This document shows positions 57,710 to 64,000 of a DNA stretch of 64,000 nt, in pieces (position 1 is the stretch's first letter; every line of letters starts with the position of its first letter). The position numbers were made by a program, and so were the translations under genes. The notes below the pieces were generated by a model. It was not told the DNA's origin and searched no databases. It saw nothing but the letters and a program-made list of their open reading frames with translations. The DNA is taken from assembly GCA_048938105.1 (NCBI GenBank), contig JBHLMN010000009.1, positions 1 to 64,000 of the forward strand, given 5' to 3'. This DNA is from Promethearchaeota archaeon (GTDB lineage: Archaea; Asgardarchaeota; Heimdallarchaeia; Hodarchaeales; Hodarchaeaceae).

Positions 57710-58507
57710 ATGGATTGGTCAATGGATGACCTGAATACATTTCGACAACAGCAAAAGGCTAAAAAAATCGAAATTAATGACACTAAGTGGGAATTTTTTG
57801 ATTTTGGAGAAAAGGACTCTGAATTTGCTCTTGTGTTCTTACATGGTACAACAGGTAGTAGAGAGATTTTCTGGTTACCAATGAAATCACTTATGAGTAA
57901 ATATCGAGTAATAAGTTTTGATTTACCTCCTATAGTTGGAGTCGAAAACCTATCACTGGGAATACATGAAATACTTAGCAAAAACGATATAAAAAAAACA
58001 GTATTAATTGGGACTTCGTTTGGTGGTTATCTAGCTCAATTCTTCTGTTCTAAATATAACAAGATGGTTGAAAAACTTGTACTTTCTAATACTTTCATAA
58101 CTACACACCTTTATCATCAGAAATATAAGAAACTGCTATTAGTTGAGAAATTGATTCCAACTTTCCTGATAAAAAGATTCATGAAAAAGAGCTTGTTGAC
58201 ATTAGAGCACGATCAGACCCGTGAGTACCTCCTCAATCAATTAGAACAAAATATAACCAAGAAAATATTGATGGCACGTCTAAAGAGTTTTATCACAACT
58301 AGAATCATTGAAGTTACCCCACCAGATCAAGTACTAATAATTGAAACAGAAGATGATCCATTAGTCCCTAAACAATTACAAAATGAGTTGAAAGAAGCTT
58401 ATCCTCATGCGATTGTGAAAACTTTTAGTAGAAAGGCAAACCATTTTCCATATCTCACAATGAGTGATGAGTACACTCAGATTCTTATTGATTTTTTAAA
58501 CAGATGA
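57710..58507 (+). CDS. Maspardin-like alpha/beta hydrolase
   Basis: FLHG..G, YRVI, GTSFGGYLAQ, L.LSN.F, DDPLV, HFPYL. Confidence 0.8.
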   Translation: MDWSMDDLNTFRQQQKAKKIEINDTKWEFFDFGEKDSEFALVFLHGTTGSREIFWLPMKSLMSKYRVISFDLPPIVGVENLSLGIHEILSKNDIKKTVLIGTSFGGYLAQFFCSKYNKMVEKLVLSNTFITTHLYHQKYKKLLLVEKLIPTFLIKRFMKKSLLTLEHDQTREYLLNQLEQNITKKILMARLKSFITTRIIEVTPPDQVLIIETEDDPLVPKQLQNELKEAYPHAIVKTFSRKANHFPYLTMSDEYTQILIDFLNR

Positions 58508-58588
58508 AATAGAGATTAAACTTATTTTTTAAAACAAACACTCTTAGTAGTAAAATCTTTCAGTATATAATACCACAAATAGGAAGAA

Positions 58589-59029
58589 GTGAGAATGAAT
58601 AACGTTGAAAACGCTGTTTCCTGCTTTAAAACCAAATTTAATTGCTCTCAAGCAATTTTTTCAACTTATGGACCAAAATTAGGCATTGATCGAGGTTCAT
58701 GTTTGAAAATAGCGGAGATTTTTGGGGGGGGAATGGCTTACATGGGTAACGTATGTGGTGCGGTTACTGGAGCATTCATGGTCATTGGCCTTAAATATGG
58801 AAGAAAAAGAGATAATGATGAACAAGCAAAAGAAAAGGCATATGATGCTGCTACACGATTTGTGGAAGAATTCAAAACCCGAAATGGTACCATTATGTGC
58901 AGAGAACTGATTGACTTCGATTTAAGTACACCAGAGCAAAGGGAACTCGCAAGAGAGAAAAATATTTTTGATAAATGCCAGAAATTTGTACAAGATTCAG
59001 CTGAGATACTCGAGAAGATTATATCCTGA
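58589..59029 (+). CDS. C_GCAxxG_C_C family redox protein
   Basis: NCSQA, FGGG, CGAVTG, CREL, C. Confidence 0.9.
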   Translation: MRMNNVENAVSCFKTKFNCSQAIFSTYGPKLGIDRGSCLKIAEIFGGGMAYMGNVCGAVTGAFMVIGLKYGRKRDNDEQAKEKAYDAATRFVEEFKTRNGTIMCRELIDFDLSTPEQRELAREKNIFDKCQKFVQDSAEILEKIIS

Positions 59030-59153
59030 GTAGAAAGTTCAGAAGTACAAATTATTATCCATATCTCACTGTGAATGATAATTATTTTTAAATCCTGATT
59101 TATTTCACGTTCCAGACAATCTAATTGCTTTACAAGAAAAGGGTGAAAGCCGA

Positions 59154-59987
59154 ATGAGTAGCTTAAAACAACAGAGATTACAGACATCAATAGCTGATTT
59201 ATCGTATTATCGAACCAAAACTATTGAGCATAATTTTGATATTTTATTCATACATGGATTAGGAGGAAACAAAGAATGGTTTCCAAGGCATTATGATTTA
59301 TATTCTATTAGTAAATTTTCATGGATTGTTCCAGATCTCATTGGTCATGGAAATTCAGCAAAGTCAAACCTTGAACAGGCCTATTTAATGGATCAACAAG
59401 CTAGAAGTCTACATCAACTCTTGTTGAAGGAAAAAGTGAAATCTCTCGTTATAATTGCTCATTCAATGGGGGGACCAATTGCTATATCTCTCATTGAGCA
59501 ATTGATCCAAGAAAAAGATCAAATTAAAGTAATAGGCTTGTTTTACTTGGAAGGAAATTTGGATAAGAATGATACCTTTTTCTCTTCTCAAATCGCAAAA
59601 TATTCATGCGAAGAGTTCGAAAATGAATTTGATTCTTGGATAGAAACACTCAATAAGAAAACCAAAGGAAGACTAGTGGAATTTATAGCTGAACTTCAAA
59701 AAATAGGCCCATTCCCTTTATGGGCTACAAGTGTAGATCTGGTTTCAGTTTCATTAAGTAACCAGCTTTTACCTAGATTACAGTCTACATTAAAAGGGTC
59801 GAATTGTCCAATTTATTTCATATATGGAGAAAAAAATAAGGGATTATTTTCTTCTGAAATACTAATTAAACAAGCTCAATTACCCTTAATATTTATCCCC
59901 GATGCTGGTCATGTTATGTTTGAAGACAACCCAAATGGCTTTTGGAAGATTATAATGCAATCGCTAAGTCAATTAAAGACTCAATGA
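59154..59987 (+). CDS. Alpha/beta fold hydrolase
   Basis: FIHGLGG, PDLIGHGNS, AHSMGG, AGH. Confidence 0.88.
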   Translation: MSSLKQQRLQTSIADLSYYRTKTIEHNFDILFIHGLGGNKEWFPRHYDLYSISKFSWIVPDLIGHGNSAKSNLEQAYLMDQQARSLHQLLLKEKVKSLVIIAHSMGGPIAISLIEQLIQEKDQIKVIGLFYLEGNLDKNDTFFSSQIAKYSCEEFENEFDSWIETLNKKTKGRLVEFIAELQKIGPFPLWATSVDLVSVSLSNQLLPRLQSTLKGSNCPIYFIYGEKNKGLFSSEILIKQAQLPLIFIPDAGHVMFEDNPNGFWKIIMQSLSQLKTQ

Positions 59988-59993
59988 ATGCTT

Positions 59994-61298
59994 CTACACT
60001 GGTTTCAAATGACCCCATTTTTCTAGGGCTTTTTGGAGCTCAGGATGGGATTTGGCTTGCTCTTCAAGTGAAATTTCTTCACGCCAGGCGTCAATTGCTT
60101 GAACAGTAGCTTTCGTACCCGCATGGGTGCCTTCAGGATGACCATGAATACCTCCACCTACTTGGAGAACCATATCAGTGGTTCCATACACAGTTAGAAC
60201 TTCTGGAAGAACTCCTGGATGTAATCCACCAGAAGCAACTGGTAATGTAGGCTTAATGTTCCCCCATGATTGAGTAAGTTTTCTTCCCTTATCTTCACTG
60301 ATTTCTGGATTAAGTAAAAGGTCTTTCATATCAAGGACATCCTCTTTTGGGCTATCAAGCTTACCAACAACAGTACCAATGTGAATATTATCGACACCAA
60401 TGAGTCTCATCAATTTAGCTAAGAAATACATGCTTATACCATGTGTATAGTGCTTTGTAAACGTTGCATGCATAGCCCGATGCGCATGTATAGCCATGTC
60501 TAGATCATCTGCTAAATTTCTAAGGGTTTGAACGCTTGCGAAACCAGTGGTTACTACATCGACCATAAAATATTTAAATCCGTGATCATGAATAAGCTTC
60601 ACACGATTCTCCATTTCATGTGTTTCTGCAGTCACATTGATGAGTGCATCTTTTATCTCACCTGTTGCATTCTCAGCCTTATCTCGTGTCTTTGCCATCT
60701 GTTCAACACGTTTTTCAAAGATATTAAACGACTGAGAAGTTAGGTTCTCATCATCTTTAACCAAATCGCCTCCAGCGCTCCAAAAATCCCATGCAATTTC
60801 ACAATGCTGTTCTACAGTCAACCCAATTTTAGGTTTAGGAACACAGGCTAATAATGGGCCTTCTTTTTTCTTGAAAATTCTCTGAATAGCCTCAACTCCC
60901 ATATGAGGGCCCTTTGACTCTTTAATGTATTGCAAAGGAAGAGTGGCATCTATTAACCGTAAATTCCTAACTGCCTTCATTCCAAAGATGTTCCCTGCTA
61001 TCCCCGACATCAGTTGCGGGACATTATCGCGCTCCCATAGAATTGAAGGATAAGCAATTTTAACAAAATGTTCATCATTCCAGAAGGCTCGGCCTCGCAT
61101 ATCATATATTCGATTATCTAGTGTCTCTAGAGTGGTCCAAGTTCCAATTGAAGACTCTGATGCTAATCTTCCAATAGTGTCATCAATCGTGACTTCTTCC
61201 GACTTATCGAAATAGTAAAGCGCGATTAGATCATCCTTTTTTGGTTTATAATCACGGTCGATAAAATCATGATACCACTCTATTTTTTCTTTTGTCAA
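59994..61298 (-). CDS. rbcL: Form III ribulose-1,5-bisphosphate carboxylase large subunit
   Basis: ASESSIGTWT, GNIFGMK, PKPKIG, DLVKDDENLT, HAHRAMH, VGKL, SGGLHP, GGGIHGHP. Confidence 0.96.
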   Translation of the reverse strand: MTKEKIEWYHDFIDRDYKPKKDDLIALYYFDKSEEVTIDDTIGRLASESSIGTWTTLETLDNRIYDMRGRAFWNDEHFVKIAYPSILWERDNVPQLMSGIAGNIFGMKAVRNLRLIDATLPLQYIKESKGPHMGVEAIQRIFKKKEGPLLACVPKPKIGLTVEQHCEIAWDFWSAGGDLVKDDENLTSQSFNIFEKRVEQMAKTRDKAENATGEIKDALINVTAETHEMENRVKLIHDHGFKYFMVDVVTTGFASVQTLRNLADDLDMAIHAHRAMHATFTKHYTHGISMYFLAKLMRLIGVDNIHIGTVVGKLDSPKEDVLDMKDLLLNPEISEDKGRKLTQSWGNIKPTLPVASGGLHPGVLPEVLTVYGTTDMVLQVGGGIHGHPEGTHAGTKATVQAIDAWREEISLEEQAKSHPELQKALEKWGHLKPV

Positions 61299-61405
61299 AA
61301 TAAAAACCTCTTATGTTATATGTAAAGTTTTAACAGTTGTTAGCTTCAATATTCGCTCAAAGCTTTTTCATTAATACAAATTGTTCTAATTTAAATGCAG
61401 AATTA

Positions 61406-62662
61406 TTATTGACCATCCACAGAATTTGTGTATGGGACAGTGGAATCATATTCAACGTCTTTGGCCCCAACCATTGACTTCCAACGCGCTAACATCCGAT
61501 GAAAAGCCTCTTCTACATTGGAATCTATTAAGAAATGGTTTTCAGCTTGAAGCTGGTCTTCAGCTTGATAATTAAATATTCGAAGTATTGACTTTTTAGA
61601 ATCATATTTCGCTTCCAATCTTCCTATAAAATTCCCACAATAGAGGAGAGGATAGACATAATAACCCCATTTTCGATCCTGAGGTTTTTTATATACTTCC
61701 CATACATAATCGTACTCAAACAACTTATTTAGGAGTTGTCTATCCCAAATAACTGGGTCTAACGGGCCTATAACTCTCATCTCCTCATCTAGATTCTCTT
61801 GACATAGATTCCTCCAATTTGAAGGCACAATATAACCTATAACCTCATCTTTCAACTGAACTAGAGTGGGTATTTGCTCTTTAGATTCTTTAATTAAGAG
61901 TTTTTCAGGAGGAATAGCTATTTTCTTACCAAATCTAATGTTTCCGTCTTTCTTGATGGTTATCTTACCAGTGGGAATAATAGGAAAACTTTTCATCTTG
62001 AGTTTGAGCTTTAAAAATTGTTGTTCTTCTTTCGTGTAAGATTTCTTTGTCAAATATGACTTTTTGATATAATTCTCAATTAAATCATACATTTTTCGAA
62101 AATTATTATCACGTATTACTGCTAGTTTCCCCATAGCCCATAATAGCTCAAGAGCTGTCCCTGAATTTCGACTTGTTTTCCATACTGCATATTTTGGTTC
62201 AGCTTTCCCCAAACTAACTAAATCTGAACTTCTCGTTATTCCATGTTTTTGAACATAATCCAACACTTGATCCAGCATTTCAGGATGAGTTTGCTCAAGT
62301 ATCCTTAATGCTCGACTATAATATCTTCCCAGATGGTCTCGATCTAGTGTTTGAGAGTAAAAGAGAGGAAAATACTCTATATAAATCGCATTTAAATTAT
62401 GAAAATATGTTTCAAACACCAATTTCTCTGAATAGACAATTCTTTCAAATTCTCCTTGATGATAATCAAAAATTCGTGAACTGAAAAAAAGATCATGATA
62501 TCTACCAGCAGGGTTGATAGGATCTAACTGAACTATTCCTTGCTCTTGAATAACTTTTTTGATACTATCTTTTCCCTTGCTTTGCCAGCGATGAAGATGA
62601 CAACCTACAATTAATACCCGTTTCAGTTCTTCCTGAGTGATTTGAGGAATTTTCGGAGCCAT
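61406..62662 (-). CDS. YcaQ/AlkZ-family (HTH_42) crosslink-repair DNA glycosylase
   Basis: VQLDPI (QxD motif), R..F.KMYDL, PLDPVIWDR, Y.WEVY.....RKWGYYVYPLL, GR. Confidence 0.85.
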   Translation of the reverse strand: MAPKIPQITQEELKRVLIVGCHLHRWQSKGKDSIKKVIQEQGIVQLDPINPAGRYHDLFFSSRIFDYHQGEFERIVYSEKLVFETYFHNLNAIYIEYFPLFYSQTLDRDHLGRYYSRALRILEQTHPEMLDQVLDYVQKHGITRSSDLVSLGKAEPKYAVWKTSRNSGTALELLWAMGKLAVIRDNNFRKMYDLIENYIKKSYLTKKSYTKEEQQFLKLKLKMKSFPIIPTGKITIKKDGNIRFGKKIAIPPEKLLIKESKEQIPTLVQLKDEVIGYIVPSNWRNLCQENLDEEMRVIGPLDPVIWDRQLLNKLFEYDYVWEVYKKPQDRKWGYYVYPLLYCGNFIGRLEAKYDSKKSILRIFNYQAEDQLQAENHFLIDSNVEEAFHRMLARWKSMVGAKDVEYDSTVPYTNSVDGQ

Positions 62663-62936
62663 AATGGTTCAAGTTTGAAAATCTAAAAAATAGATTTATA
62701 TCAATGCAATAAGCCAATACAATTGGTCAAGTTTAATACTTCGGGGACGGTGGTGTTCCTCTCCTTATCATTGGGTAAAATGAAGAGGATTCTGAAATAT
62801 GGAATTTTCAAATAAAGATAATTCATTTTCAAAGATGCGAAGAATCGAAAACAATAGAAACAACAAACTTCGTCAATTGACCACACTTTGGATTTTGGTT
62901 TTTGGGGTAATATTAGTACTTCTTTCTGGATTTTTT

Positions 62937-64000
62937 TTAAGAACTATAATCTAAAGAGTATTTACTTTGTGTATCATACACTACTTCAAATAAGTCGTTT
63001 TTTATTTTATCAACTGTTTTTAATAGATGGATAATTAAATTTTCTTCCTGTTTCGTCATCACAGGAAAACCATAAGCATTATTCATGTATTTCAAAGGTT
63101 TTCCTTGAGCTAGTCTCCTTTGTACAAAGTTTTCATGCCTCTGTAAACGCTTGTTTATTCTTTGATTAGCAAATTCTACAATTCCTTCTAAACGTTTGAT
63201 TATTATATTTTCAAACCTCGGATCTAGTTCATATCCAATACTATTTCTTTCTGAACTCATCGCAGCAACTGTTGTTGTCCCTGTGCCAAGAAAAGGATCA
63301 AGAACGATATCTCCTCTCACTGAAAACATATTAATTAATCTATAGGCTAATTCAAAAGCGAAAGCAGCACTTCTCTCTCTGGTTTCATTGTTCAGTCCTT
63401 GTGATGTCCCTTTAATATTCCAAAGATCAGAAAACCAATCATTTCGTTCTTCCCAAAAGTAAGAACTTTCTTGTCTATTCAGCTTTTCCAAGGCTTTTTT
63501 AAATTCCCTTTTACCCCCTTTTCTGAGGATTAAAATAAATTCATGCTCTAATGTAACATATGCCCCAGGAGGTAACATTCCTGACCCCATAAACTTATTC
63601 GGAGCATTAGTAGGTTTATGCCAGATTATTTCTGGTAATGCACTGAATCCCAGAACAAAACAAGAATTTAAAATCCGTGAATGGTTCGAATAGACGTGAA
63701 AATTTTCTCCAATTGTTCTAACAGCGTCACCAACATTAATACAAGTAATTCCTCCTCTTTTAAGAACCCGATAAACCTCCTTCCAGACTTTATCTAACTC
63801 TCGATGCATTAATTCAAATGCTAAAAGGCCATTTTGTACGTGTAAAGCGCTCTTAATCTCTGGATTTATTTTAGAGAATAAATCATCCCATAGCTCAATA
63901 ATTGGGTACGGGGGACTAGTAACTACTAAATCAACACTTTCTGTTTTGATTTTTTGCATGTTATTAGAATTGCTGAAAAATATCTGGTGAGTAGTCTTCA
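62937..64000 (-). CDS. Site-specific DNA methyltransferase (N4C/N6A, beta class); true start probably at 64001, just outside the window
   Basis: VTSPPY precedes DPFLGTGTT; the frame stays open to the window end: (A)TG-KTTHQIFFSNSNN-MQKI. Confidence 0.9.
   Translation of the reverse strand, partial: KTTHQIFFSNSNNMQKIKTESVDLVVTSPPYPIIELWDDLFSKINPEIKSALHVQNGLLAFELMHRELDKVWKEVYRVLKRGGITCINVGDAVRTIGENFHVYSNHSRILNSCFVLGFSALPEIIWHKPTNAPNKFMGSGMLPPGAYVTLEHEFILILRKGGKREFKKALEKLNRQESSYFWEERNDWFSDLWNIKGTSQGLNNETRERSAAFAFELAYRLINMFSVRGDIVLDPFLGTGTTTVAAMSSERNSIGYELDPRFENIIIKRLEGIVEFANQRINKRLQRHENFVQRRLAQGKPLKYMNNAYGFPVMTKQEENLIIHLLKTVDKIKNDLFEVVYDTQSKYSLDYSS

Noticed and set aside
275-60743. Numerous 60-150 aa ORFs overlapping larger genes (e.g. 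3991-4329, 8859-9233, 22245-22610, 52199-52606, 57673-57981, 58738-59190)
   Set aside because: Antisense or alternate-frame shadows of well-supported genes; similar shadow ORFs in both cassette copies simply reflect the duplication
62701-62886. 61-aa ORF between the MTase and ycaQ-like genes, or a cognate restriction enzyme
   Set aside because: Too short and no recognisable motif; any endonuclease would lie outside the window, so an R-M system cannot be claimed

Overview
A 64-kb, low-GC archaeal chromosomal segment, most consistent with an Asgard (Heimdall/Hodarchaeales-like) genome. That assignment is inferred from a form III RuBisCO, PGF-CTERM-like surface proteins rich in N-x-S/T sequons, and archaeal Ig-like domains. 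The flanks carry metabolic and housekeeping genes: two ABC-2 exporters, malQ, a Met-gamma-lyase-like enzyme, hemL-like, LutB/LutA-like, rbcL, DNA repair genes and a DNA methyltransferase cut by the window end. The centre (about 21.9-44.1 kb) is the most unusual part. A two-gene cassette of giant PGF-anchored surface proteins (A about 1550 aa, B about 1700 aa) is present twice. The two copies flank a core of a 7-transmembrane protein with GPCR-like topology, a MinD/ParA-type NTPase and a coiled-coil/tandem-wHTH protein. The A paralogs carry about 300-aa lectin-like modules in shuffled order. The B paralogs differ mainly in one domain with Trp/Lys-rich loops. Other oddities are an orphan CheR with C-terminal classical zinc fingers, a maspardin-like hydrolase, a METTL16/RlmF-like methyltransferase, surface-anchored rhodaneses and DJ-1, a double-length UvrA, and two small ORFs missed by the track. 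No rRNA, tRNA, CRISPR array, integrase or transposase was recognised. All family calls come from motif recognition by eye, not database searches.
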